This document shows, one piece after another, positions 19,614 through 28,573 of a stretch of 64,000 nt of DNA (the first letter of the stretch is position 1; each line of letters begins with the position of its first letter). Source of the stretch: Blastocatellia bacterium (GTDB lineage Bacteria > Acidobacteriota > Blastocatellia > UBA7656); the NCBI GenBank assembly GCA_963765495.1, contig CAVXWP010000010.1, positions 96,001 to 160,000 of the forward strand, written 5' to 3'. The position numbers and the translations under genes are program-made. The notes under the pieces were generated by a model. The model saw only the letters and a list, made by a program, of their open reading frames with translations, made no database searches and was not told where the DNA came from.

Positions 19614-21014
19614 TTGGGATCGGAAGAGATCAAAGAAGAGACCAGAGAAAAAGAGCGTCAGGAGCTGGCTCGCCCGCCGGTCGTAAGGGGCAGCCATACA
19701 TTCCTGTCGGTCACCGATAAGATCAGTTCTATAGTCCTTGCGCGCAAGACCTCGATAGGCTGGTTTATCGGTTTCGGCGTCTCTTTTCTCTGGCTTATGG
19801 TCCTGCTCTACACAATCGCGCGGCTGATCTTTGTAGGCATAGGCATCTGGGGCGTGAACATTCCCGTGGCCTGGGGGTTTGCCATCACGAACTTCGTCTG
19901 GTGGATAGGGATAGGCCACGCCGGTACTCTCATATCGGCCATCCTTCTCCTGCTGCATCAGGAATGGAGGACTTCGATAAATCGCTTTGCGGAAGCGATG
20001 ACGCTGTTCGCCGTCGCCTGCGCCGGTCTGTTCCCGCTGCTTCACCTGGGGCGGCCCTGGTTCTTTTACTGGCTGCTACCCTACCCGAACACGATGTGGC
20101 TATGGCCGCAGTTTCGCAGCCCGCTTGTCTGGGATGTCTTCGCCGTATTCACTTACGCTACCGTTTCGCTGATCTTCTGGTATATAGGAATGATTCCCGA
20201 CCTCGCGACCTTGCGCGACCGGGCCGAGAGGCGCTGGACATGGAGAGTCTACGGCTTTCTGTCGATGGGCTGGCGCGGGGCGTCGAATCACTGGCACAAC
20301 TATGAAAAGGTCTATCTGTTGCTTGCGGGGCTTGCTACGCCGCTTGTAGTCTCCGTCCATACGGTTGTGAGCTTCGACTTTGCCGTAGCCGTTGTGCCGG
20401 GCTGGCACTCGACGATCTTCCCGCCGTACTTCGTAGCGGGCGCCATCTATTCCGGCTTCGCGATGGTGCTGACGCTTGCCATACCTCTTCGCTTCACCTT
20501 CAAGCTCGAAGATTTCGTCACGCATCGCCATCTGGAAAACATGGCCAAGATACTGCTGGCTACGGGAATGATAGTTCTCTATAGCTATCTCTCCGAATGG
20601 TTCTTTGCTTATTACAGCGGGAACATCTACGAGCGATACATCGAGATCAACAGAATGACGGGCGGGTATGCTGCGATGTACTGGGTCTTGCTTCTCTGCA
20701 ATCTGGGGACGCCGCAACTGCTCTGGTTCAAGCGCGCAAGGCAGAACGTGCTGTTGCTTTTTGCCGTCTCGATACTGATCAACATAGGGATGTGGATCGA
20801 GCGATACATCATCGTGGTAACAAGCCTGCATCACGATTTCCTGCCGTCATCGTGGGGGCGATACGCCGGAACATTCTGGGATTGGACGGCGCTGATCGGC
20901 TCTTTCGGGCTGTTTCTGTCGCTCTTCTTTCTCTTCATAAGATTCCTGCCGATGATCTCGATAGCCGAGATGCGCGAACTGCTGCCGCAGGCGAAGGTAA
21001 AGGAGGCGGAGTGA
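19614..21014 (+). CDS. actC: ACIII NrfD-type quinol-binding membrane subunit (copy 1)
   Basis: WWIGIGHAGTLISA, RFAEAMT, HLGRPW, SPLVWD, SVHTVVSFDF. Confidence 0.94.
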   Translation: MGSEEIKEETREKERQELARPPVVRGSHTFLSVTDKISSIVLARKTSIGWFIGFGVSFLWLMVLLYTIARLIFVGIGIWGVNIPVAWGFAITNFVWWIGIGHAGTLISAILLLLHQEWRTSINRFAEAMTLFAVACAGLFPLLHLGRPWFFYWLLPYPNTMWLWPQFRSPLVWDVFAVFTYATVSLIFWYIGMIPDLATLRDRAERRWTWRVYGFLSMGWRGASNHWHNYEKVYLLLAGLATPLVVSVHTVVSFDFAVAVVPGWHSTIFPPYFVAGAIYSGFAMVLTLAIPLRFTFKLEDFVTHRHLENMAKILLATGMIVLYSYLSEWFFAYYSGNIYERYIEINRMTGGYAAMYWVLLLCNLGTPQLLWFKRARQNVLLLFAVSILINIGMWIERYIIVVTSLHHDFLPSSWGRYAGTFWDWTALIGSFGLFLSLFFLFIRFLPMISIAEMRELLPQAKVKEAE

Positions 21015-21088
21015 TGCGCTCGACTTTCAAGCAGGTCACAGGTCAAAGACAATTTGCAAGCCTGCTTGAATCACACATCACGAATCAG
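21010..21088. repeat. Hairpin element in the actC1-actD1 spacer
   Basis: TTCAAGCAGG/CCTGCTTGAA stem with GTGAT/ATCAC arms; 16-bp core shared with 34900-34915. Confidence 0.6.
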
Positions 21089-21098
21089 AGGTTGAGAT

Positions 21099-21638
21099 AT
21101 GAAGAAATGGTCTTCCGTTTACGGGATACTCGCAGAATTTGAAGATCCACAGACGCTGTTCGATGCAACAAAGCGGGCGCATGAAGAGGGCTACAGACGG
21201 ATGGAAGCTTATACGCCGTTTTCAATTGAAGAGGTGTCGAAGTTGATAAGAGGCAAGCGGTCGTGGATACCGCTTATAGTTCTGATAGGCGGCATCATAG
21301 GCGGGCTTGGCGGATTCCTGATGCAATATTACGCGGCAACGATCAGCTATCCAATAAATATAGGAGGCCGCCCGCTCAATAGCTGGCCTTCGTTCATCCC
21401 CATCACGTTCGAATTGACCGTGCTTATCGGGTCGCTTTCGGGCGCGCTCGGGATGCTTGCTCTAAACGGATTGCCACAACCTTATCACCCGCTGTTCACC
21501 GTAGAACGTTTCTCGTGCGCGACGCAGGATCGTTTCTTTCTGTGCATACAGGCGGAAGACCCGAAGTTCGATCAGGTCGAAACGCGTGAGTTTCTTGAGA
21601 GCCTGAACCCGCGCGAGGTCATTGATGTTATTGATTAG
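21099..21638 (+). CDS. actD: ACIII subunit D (DUF3341) (copy 1)
   Basis: YGILAEF, AYTPF, YPINIGGRP..SWPSFIPITFE, DRFFLCI. Confidence 0.92.
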   Translation: MKKWSSVYGILAEFEDPQTLFDATKRAHEEGYRRMEAYTPFSIEEVSKLIRGKRSWIPLIVLIGGIIGGLGGFLMQYYAATISYPINIGGRPLNSWPSFIPITFELTVLIGSLSGALGMLALNGLPQPYHPLFTVERFSCATQDRFFLCIQAEDPKFDQVETREFLESLNPREVIDVID

Positions 21639-22245
21639 GAGAAAAAGAGTATCGCCTGTGATCCGCATCCTTTGCGCCGTCGTTAGTCTGGCGTTTCTAT
21701 CGGCCTGCGCCCAACAGATGGGAGCGCAGCCGAGTTACCGCCCCCTTGAATCAAGCTCTCTTTTTGAAGACGGAAAGGTGGCGCGACATCCTCCACACGG
21801 AACCGTTCCGCGCGCGTATGCGAGAGAGAACCCCTTTCTTCGCTCAGGCGATGCGCGAAGGTTTCAAGAACCTGTCGAAACGAAGACCTTTCCACTCGCC
21901 GTCACTATGGAGATGCTTGCGCGCGGGCGCGAACGATTCAACATCTATTGCTCGGTCTGCCACGGCGAGACGGGCTACGGCGACGGAATGATCGTGCAGA
22001 GAGGGTTCAGCCCGCCACCATCCTTGCACTCTGAAAGGTTGCGCTCGGCTCCACTCAAACATTTCTACGATGTGATCACAAACGGATTTGGCAGCATGCC
22101 GAGCTACGCAGTGCAGATCAACAGGGATGACAGATGGGCTGTCATCGCTTATATCCGCGCGCTGCAACTGAGCCAGAATGCCGGGATTGATGATGTGCCT
22201 GAAGACAAAAGGCAACAGCTTGAAGAGGGAGGAGGTCAACGGTGA
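21625..22245 (+). CDS. actE: ACIII monoheme cytochrome c lipoprotein (copy 1)
   Basis: Lipobox LSAC; CSVCH; ITNGFGSMPSY; DRWAVIAYIRALQ. Confidence 0.9.
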   Translation: MLLIRRKRVSPVIRILCAVVSLAFLSACAQQMGAQPSYRPLESSSLFEDGKVARHPPHGTVPRAYARENPFLRSGDARRFQEPVETKTFPLAVTMEMLARGRERFNIYCSVCHGETGYGDGMIVQRGFSPPPSLHSERLRSAPLKHFYDVITNGFGSMPSYAVQINRDDRWAVIAYIRALQLSQNAGIDDVPEDKRQQLEEGGGQR

Positions 22246-23420
22246 GCGAATATGCCGACAAGACGCCTCGCGACCTCGCCCGGTTTCAAATACCGTTGCT
22301 CGCGGTAGGCATATTCGGGTTGATACTCTGCCTCATCGGGGCGATCTTCAGCCCCGCGCAATTCTTCCGCTCTTATCTGCTCGGCTACATGTTCTGGGCG
22401 GGGCTTGCTCTTGGTTCTCTCGGCATCCTGATGATGCAACATCTGACGGGCGGTGCGTGGGGTCTCATCATCAGACGCGCTCTCGAATCCGCAACCACTA
22501 CGATTCCGCTGATGGTGATCTTGTTTGTGCCGCTTCTTTTCGGACTGCGCAGTCTTTACATATGGACACAGCCCGAGGTCATGGCATCTGACCCACTTCT
22601 CGAAAATAAGAGCGGGTATCTCAACATCCCTTTCTTTCTCGGACGGGCCGCCATCTATTTCGCGGTGTGGGTGGTCACGGCCTACCTGTTGAATCGCTGG
22701 TCGCTCGAACAGGACGAGACGGGCGAGCCGAGATTTGCGCTCTTGATGCAACGGCTGAGCGGGCCGGGGCTGTTCGTTCTTGCCGTGACCCTCTCGCTTG
22801 CCTTGATCGACTGGATAATGTCGCTTGAGCCTCGCTGGTATTCGACCATTTATGCCCTGATCTTTATCGCCGGAGAGGGGCTTGCGGCCTTCGCCTTTTC
22901 GATAGGCGTGGTGATTCTGCTCGCAGACCGTGAGCCGTTTGCGCGAGTTATCAAAGAGAAGCATTTGAACGATCTGGGCAATCTGATGCTGGCTTTCGTG
23001 ATGCTGTGGGCTTATTGCTCTTTCGCGCAGTTCCTCCTGATATGGACGGGCAACCTGCGCGAAGAAGTAGGCTGGTATCTGCCCCGCATAGGCGGCGGAT
23101 GGAAATATGTGGCAGCGGCGCTGATCCTGTTTCACTTCTTTCTGCCCTTTTACATGCTGTTGTCGCGCAAGATAAAACGCGATACGCGAAAGCTTGCGAT
23201 AGTCGTAGTGGTGATAATCCTGATGCGATTCGTTGACCTTGTATGGCTTATCGAGCCCGCATTTTATCCGCAAAACCTCAGCCTGCACTGGATGGATTTT
23301 ATAGCGACGATAGGAATCGGAGGCATCTGGCTTGCCGTCTTTCTGCGGCAACTGAATGGAAGACCCCTGTTGCCACTAAACGATCCCTACGCGGAGAAGG
23401 CATTCGAAGATGAGCAGTGA
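22242..23420 (+). CDS. actF: ACIII membrane subunit F (copy 1)
   Basis: HLTGGAWG, DWIMSLEPRWYST, DLGNLMLAFVMLWAY..QFLLIW.GNL.EE. Confidence 0.9.
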   Translation: MSEYADKTPRDLARFQIPLLAVGIFGLILCLIGAIFSPAQFFRSYLLGYMFWAGLALGSLGILMMQHLTGGAWGLIIRRALESATTTIPLMVILFVPLLFGLRSLYIWTQPEVMASDPLLENKSGYLNIPFFLGRAAIYFAVWVVTAYLLNRWSLEQDETGEPRFALLMQRLSGPGLFVLAVTLSLALIDWIMSLEPRWYSTIYALIFIAGEGLAAFAFSIGVVILLADREPFARVIKEKHLNDLGNLMLAFVMLWAYCSFAQFLLIWTGNLREEVGWYLPRIGGGWKYVAAALILFHFFLPFYMLLSRKIKRDTRKLAIVVVVIILMRFVDLVWLIEPAFYPQNLSLHWMDFIATIGIGGIWLAVFLRQLNGRPLLPLNDPYAEKAFEDEQ

Positions 23421-23901
23421 TGAAAATCCAGATCGCGAGGAAAAACATTTGCCGGAAGAACATCCGTCAGAAGAAGTCCTCGCCGTAAAGCACCTTGATG
23501 TCCGGTACGAAAAGAGCGATGTCAACACTCAGGTCATCGTGCGCACAGCCGCAGGAGCTATCATAGCGGCGGTCATCATCACCGTGGGAATCTGGGCACT
23601 CTATGAAACGTTCAGCAGGCACGAGAACCCTGCATACAATCCCCCGTTTTCAGAGCACAGAGGCGGGCCGTCACCGCTGCCCGTACCGCCCGCAGAGTTT
23701 CCCGAGCCCCGATTGCAGACCCGCCCCGTCGAAGACCTGCGGACTTTGCGCAGCCGTGACCGCCTCATACTCGACAACTACGGCTGGGTGGATCGCAACG
23801 CAGGGACCGTGAGGATTCCCATAGAACAGGCGATGAAGATCGTGGCTGAAAAAGGGCTATCGGATACGCCTGAATCAAAACCGGAGGTGAAGAAAAAATG
23901 A
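23410..23901 (+). CDS. actG: ACIII subunit G-like single-TM protein (copy 1)
   Basis: YEKSDVN, TM, PEPRLQ, YGWVD..G.VRIPIEQAM; position between actF and sco. Confidence 0.75.
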   Translation: MSSDENPDREEKHLPEEHPSEEVLAVKHLDVRYEKSDVNTQVIVRTAAGAIIAAVIITVGIWALYETFSRHENPAYNPPFSEHRGGPSPLPVPPAEFPEPRLQTRPVEDLRTLRSRDRLILDNYGWVDRNAGTVRIPIEQAMKIVAEKGLSDTPESKPEVKKK

Positions 23902-24725
23902 AGAGATTCTGTCTGACAGCGGCTCTCGTTGTCTTAATCATTTTTGCCCGATCGGCACGTGCCGAAGATTCGTCTTCGCAGTCCGCCGTGCCGGGAGACA
24001 TCCGCATCGAGCAACACTTGAACGAACAGGTTCCGCTCGATCTGGAGTTCGTTGACGAATCGGGGAACAGGGTCAGGCTTGGCCAGTACTTCAAGGGTCG
24101 CCCGGTCATACTGACGCTTGTCTATTATCAATGTCCTATGCTGTGCAATGTAGTCTTGACCGGGTTGACAAACAGCCTATCCGATCTTCGATTCGATATA
24201 GGGAAAGAGTTTGATGTCATTACGGTGAGTTTTGATTCACGCGAGACTCCGGCGATGGCGGCCGAAAAGAAAGCTACATTCGTGAGGCATTATGTGCGAG
24301 CGGGGGCACGCGAGGGCTGGCATTTTCTGACCGGCGAAGGGGCTTCTATAAAACGGCTCGCGGACGCAGTAGGGTTCAAGTATCGATACGATTCGGCTAC
24401 GGGTCAATTCGCGCACGCGGCAGGCATCATGATCCTGACTCCGCAGGGAAAGCTTTCCCGCTACTTTTACGGCATAGAGTACCCGGCAAGAGACCTGCGC
24501 CTCGGGCTGGTCGAGGCCTCGGCGAACAAGATCGGATCGCCCGTAGACCAGTTATTGCTGCTCTGCTTTCACTACGATCCGACGACGGGGAAATACACCG
24601 CGATTGCGGTGAACTCCATGCGGGCAGGCGGAGTGGTAACGCTCGCGGCTCTCGCGGCCTTTGTGCTTGTGATGCTGCGTAAAGATTGGAACCGGAAGCC
24701 AAAGAATCCTTTGAGAGTTGAATGA
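23898..24725 (+). CDS. SCO family copper chaperone (copy 1)
   Basis: CPMLC motif, GWHFLTG, QFAH, C-terminal TM. Confidence 0.9.
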   Translation: MKRFCLTAALVVLIIFARSARAEDSSSQSAVPGDIRIEQHLNEQVPLDLEFVDESGNRVRLGQYFKGRPVILTLVYYQCPMLCNVVLTGLTNSLSDLRFDIGKEFDVITVSFDSRETPAMAAEKKATFVRHYVRAGAREGWHFLTGEGASIKRLADAVGFKYRYDSATGQFAHAAGIMILTPQGKLSRYFYGIEYPARDLRLGLVEASANKIGSPVDQLLLLCFHYDPTTGKYTAIAVNSMRAGGVVTLAALAAFVLVMLRKDWNRKPKNPLRVE

Positions 24726-24768
24726 TGCTGGCAAAAGGGGACCGGCTCGAAGGGGTCAATTTGTAATT

Positions 24769-25791
24769 ATGTTGTTGCTCATCCCATTCTTTCCCGATGA
24801 GGCTTCCAGGGCGGCGGGGAATATCGACGCCCTGTTCTTCTTCCTGCTTGCGGTCTGCGGCACGGTGGCAATCGGGGTCATTCTTCTCATAATCTACTTC
24901 TGCATCAAATATCGCCGTCGCTCCGAAGATCAGCAGGCCCGCCAGATTCGCGGCAACAACCTTCTCGAAATCGTCTGGACGGTGATCCCTTTCCTCATCT
25001 TCACAGGGATATTCTTCTGGGGCGCGAAGCTCTATTTCGCGCTCGAACGCCCGCCCGCCAATGCACAGGAAGTCTACGTGATAGGCAAACAGTGGATGTG
25101 GAAATTCGAGCACCCCGGCGGCCAGCGGGAGATCAACCAACTTCACGTGCCTCTTGGTCGCCCCATCAAATTAATGATGGTGTCGCAGGATGTCATCCAC
25201 AGTTTCTTCGTACCCGACTTTCGGCTCCACAAAGACCTGCTGCCGGGCCGGTACACAATCACGTGGTTCGAGGCGACAAAGACCGGCAGATACAACCTCT
25301 TCTGCTCTCAGTATTGCGGCACAAACCATTCACAGATGGTGGGCGAAGTGATAGTGATGGAGCCGGGCGATTTTAAGAAATGGCTGAATGAAGGGCCGGA
25401 CGGATCGCTCGCCTCCGAGGGGCAAAAACTCTTTCGCAAGCTCGCCTGTGATACCTGTCACAGAGGCGATTCCGAATCTCGCGGCCCCGTGCTCGAAGGC
25501 CTCTTTGGCAGACAGGTCATAGTCCAAAATCAGGGAATGGTTCTCGCAGACGAGAATTACATACGCGAATCTATACTCGACCCGACCGCGAAAGTTGTGG
25601 CCGGGTTTCAGCCGATAATGCCCACGTTTAAGAATCAGGTTGATGAAGAACAACTATCTCTTCTGGTCGCCTACATCAAATCGCTTGCGAGCGGACGCGA
25701 GCAGATCCCGCCCGTCTCTTCACCCACGGGGCCGCAGCCCGCCCCCGTAGGTCCAGTCGTGAACCCGGAAGAAGGCAAGGAGCAACGATAA
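24769..25791 (+). CDS. coxB: Cytochrome c oxidase subunit II with fused cytochrome c (caa3) (copy 1)
   Basis: KQWMW, DVIHSF, CuA motif [12 protein letters not shown], heme CDTCH. Confidence 0.93.
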   Translation: MLLLIPFFPDEASRAAGNIDALFFFLLAVCGTVAIGVILLIIYFCIKYRRRSEDQQARQIRGNNLLEIVWTVIPFLIFTGIFFWGAKLYFALERPPANAQEVYVIGKQWMWKFEHPGGQREINQLHVPLGRPIKLMMVSQDVIHSFFVPDFRLHKDLLPGRYTITWFEATKTGRYNLFCSQYCGTNHSQMVGEVIVMEPGDFKKWLNEGPDGSLASEGQKLFRKLACDTCHRGDSESRGPVLEGLFGRQVIVQNQGMVLADENYIRESILDPTAKVVAGFQPIMPTFKNQVDEEQLSLLVAYIKSLASGREQIPPVSSPTGPQPAPVGPVVNPEEGKEQR

Positions 25792-25802
25792 GGGAAAAGA
25801 TA

Positions 25803-27443
25803 ATGAGCACGGCAGTCGTCGAAAAAACCAGAAAGCATTATCTGAATGAAAGCTACGGCATAAGGTCGTGGCTCTTTACAACGGACCACAAGCGAATAGC
25901 TCTGCTCTACATGGTGTCGCTTACGCTGATGTTTTTCGTAGGAGGAGTCTTTGCGGTCCTTATGCGGTTGGAGTTGATGACGCCCGAAGGCGATCTGGTC
26001 ACATCCGGCACATACAATAAATTCTTCACCCTTCACGGTGTGATAATGGTCTGGTTTTTTCTGATTCCTTCGATACCGGCGGTGCTCGGAAATTTCCTCG
26101 TGCCGCTCATGATCGGAGCCAAAGACCTGGCCTTTCCGCGCATCAACCTGTTGAGCTGGTACATATACATTCTGGGAGCCGTCTTTACCTTCTGGGTAGT
26201 CCTGAGCGGTGGCATCGACACGGGATGGACCTTCTACACGCCCTTCAGCACCACATCATCAAACACGCACGTAGTCTCGACCACGCTCGGCATATTCATA
26301 GTAGGGTTCTCATCCATACTGACGGGGCTGAATTTCATAGTGACAATCCACCGCATGCGCGCCCCGGGGCTCACGTGGTTTCGCCTGCCGCTCTTTGTCT
26401 GGTCGATCTACGCGACAAGCATCATTTTGGTGCTTGCGACCCCCGTGCTCGGCGTCACGCTCTTGCTTGTGATGGTCGAGCGAATCTTTCACGTAGGCAT
26501 ATTCGATCCGGCGCTGGGAGGCGATTCGCTGCTTTATCAACACTTCTTCTGGTTCTATTCCCACCCGGCCGTATACATCATGATACTGCCGGGGATGGGC
26601 GTTGTGAGCGAGCTTATAACCTGTTTTTCGAGGAAGCGAATCTTCGGATACAAGTTCATAGCCTTTGCGACTCTGGGGATAGCCTTTCTTGGATTTCTGG
26701 TCTGGGGCCATCACATGTTCGTAGCAGGCATGTCCGTATATGCCGCGATGACCTTCTCTTTTCTGAGCTATCTGGTGGCGGTCCCTTCCGCAATCAAAGT
26801 CTTCAACTGGACCGCTACGCTCTACAAGGGCTCGATCTCTTTTCAAACTCCGATGCTTTACGCGCTCGGCTTTATAGGGCTGTTCACTATAGGCGGGCTC
26901 ACGGGATTATTTCTGGCGGCGCTCGGGCTCGACGTGCACGTGCACGACACCTACTTCATCATCGCGCATTTCCACTACATCATGGTAGGCGGGATGGTGA
27001 TGGCATATTTTGGCGGCCTGCATTACTGGTGGCCGAAGATAAGCGGCAAGCTCTACCCTGAATGGTGGGCAAAGCTTGCTGCTCTGATTGTCTTCGTAGG
27101 TTTCAATCTGACCTTCTTCCCGCAATTCATTCTGGGTTATCTGGGGATGCCCCGGCGTTATCACATATATCCACCCGAATTTCAGACGCTCAATGTGATG
27201 TCGTCGGCGGGCGCTTCGATTCTTGGGCTGGGTTATCTGTTGCCGCTCGTTTATCTCTTCTGGTCCATGAGGTACGGGCGCGACGCGGGGCCTAACCCGT
27301 GGGGAGCTACGGGGCTTGAATGGCAGACGCCGTCGCCGCCGCCGAAAGAGAATTTCGATGAGACGCCCGAAGTGACCGAGCCGCCTTACAACTATCCCGC
27401 TCAGCCATACAAGACCGGAATAGAGGAGGCCGAAGTTGCCTGA
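25803..27443 (+). CDS. coxA: Cytochrome c oxidase subunit I, A2 type (copy 1)
   Basis: [17 protein letters not shown] (YS motif), [24 protein letters not shown]. Confidence 0.96.
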   Translation: MSTAVVEKTRKHYLNESYGIRSWLFTTDHKRIALLYMVSLTLMFFVGGVFAVLMRLELMTPEGDLVTSGTYNKFFTLHGVIMVWFFLIPSIPAVLGNFLVPLMIGAKDLAFPRINLLSWYIYILGAVFTFWVVLSGGIDTGWTFYTPFSTTSSNTHVVSTTLGIFIVGFSSILTGLNFIVTIHRMRAPGLTWFRLPLFVWSIYATSIILVLATPVLGVTLLLVMVERIFHVGIFDPALGGDSLLYQHFFWFYSHPAVYIMILPGMGVVSELITCFSRKRIFGYKFIAFATLGIAFLGFLVWGHHMFVAGMSVYAAMTFSFLSYLVAVPSAIKVFNWTATLYKGSISFQTPMLYALGFIGLFTIGGLTGLFLAALGLDVHVHDTYFIIAHFHYIMVGGMVMAYFGGLHYWWPKISGKLYPEWWAKLAALIVFVGFNLTFFPQFILGYLGMPRRYHIYPPEFQTLNVMSSAGASILGLGYLLPLVYLFWSMRYGRDAGPNPWGATGLEWQTPSPPPKENFDETPEVTEPPYNYPAQPYKTGIEEAEVA

Positions 27444-28080
27444 GACCACTCAATCGCTTGTAGTGCAGTTCCGCGACATGGAGCAACAGCGGGAAGCCTC
27501 TACCATTGGGATGTGGGTCTTCCTGATGACGGAGTTGTTGCTGTTCGGCGTGCTCTTTACCGCCTACGCCGTTTATCGCCATCTCTACACGGCAGCATTC
27601 TTTGAGGGAAGCCATCACATGGAGGTAGGCGTAGGCACTCTCAACACGGCGATTCTGATTTCGAGCAGCTTCGCCGTTGCGATGGCGGTCTATGGCTCCG
27701 AGGTAGGCGGGCGCAAACGAGTGCTTGTGGGATTGAGTCTGACGATATTGCTCGGCGCGGTCTTTCTCGCGCTCAAGTTCCTGGAATACTATCATCACTA
27801 TGAAGACCATCTGGTTCCCGGGATAGATTTTCATTACGAAGGCGCGCTGGCCCCTTACGTTCAAATCTATTTCTTTCTCTATTTCACGATGACCGGGCTG
27901 CACGCGCTCCATATGACGGTAGGTCTCGGGCTTGTGACATACATTCTGATTCAGGCAAAGAGGCGCGTCTATTCGCCCGTCTATTACACGCCGGTCGAGG
28001 TAGTCGGCCTCTACTGGCATTTCGTAGACATAGTCTGGATATTTCTTTATCCATTGCTCTACCTGATAGACCCGCGCTGA
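27436..28080 (+). CDS. coxC: Cytochrome c oxidase subunit III (copy 1)
   Basis: [25 protein letters not shown]. Confidence 0.93.
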   Translation: MPETTQSLVVQFRDMEQQREASTIGMWVFLMTELLLFGVLFTAYAVYRHLYTAAFFEGSHHMEVGVGTLNTAILISSSFAVAMAVYGSEVGGRKRVLVGLSLTILLGAVFLALKFLEYYHHYEDHLVPGIDFHYEGALAPYVQIYFFLYFTMTGLHALHMTVGLGLVTYILIQAKRRVYSPVYYTPVEVVGLYWHFVDIVWIFLYPLLYLIDPR

Positions 28081-28099
28081 CGAAAGCGAGGCAGATCTT

Positions 28100-28381
28100 A
28101 TGGCGGAAAAAAAGATAGGGCAGAAAACATACGCTCTGGTTTATGTGGGGTTGCTCATTCTGACTCTGACCACGTGGGGAGTCGCTTATCTCAAAATGGG
28201 ACCGTTCAATCTTCTGGCAGCCGTAGCCATAGCAATTGCTAAAGCGTCGGTTGTAGTGCTCTACTTTATGCACGTGCGACACAGCATCCGCCTGACGCGC
28301 ATCATTATCGGGGCGGGGCTGTTCTGGCTCGGAATACTCTTCTGGCTCACAATGAGCGATTACCTGACGCGCAGTCTGTAA
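28100..28381 (+). CDS. coxD: Cytochrome c oxidase subunit IV (caa3 type) (copy 1)
   Basis: AKASVVVLYFMH; three TMs; SDY.TR. Confidence 0.88.
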   Translation: MAEKKIGQKTYALVYVGLLILTLTTWGVAYLKMGPFNLLAAVAIAIAKASVVVLYFMHVRHSIRLTRIIIGAGLFWLGILFWLTMSDYLTRSL

Positions 28382-28479
28382 ACTGTCCCAATATTGAATC
28401 GGCATGTCCCTTATTTGTAGCTGATACCCTTGATTTCTAATCTTTACGGCCCGGCATAAGGATTGCCCCGAATATTTTT

Positions 28480-28553
28480 GACAGGATTAACAGGATTTCA
28501 AAAGATTGAGAAAGAATCTTGTTGAATCTTTCAAAATCCTGTTAATTCTGTCT
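28480..28553. repeat. Inverted repeat with about 9-nt internal periodicity upstream of the FDH gene
   Basis: GACAGGATTAACAGGATTT / AAATCCTGTTAATTCTGTC. Confidence 0.7.
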
Positions 28554-28573
28554 ATCTAATCCTGGGGGATTCC

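Noticed and set aside
28382-28573. Moco/Wco riboswitch upstream of FDH
   Set aside because: Only an AT-rich inverted repeat is present; Moco RNA consensus elements are not visible
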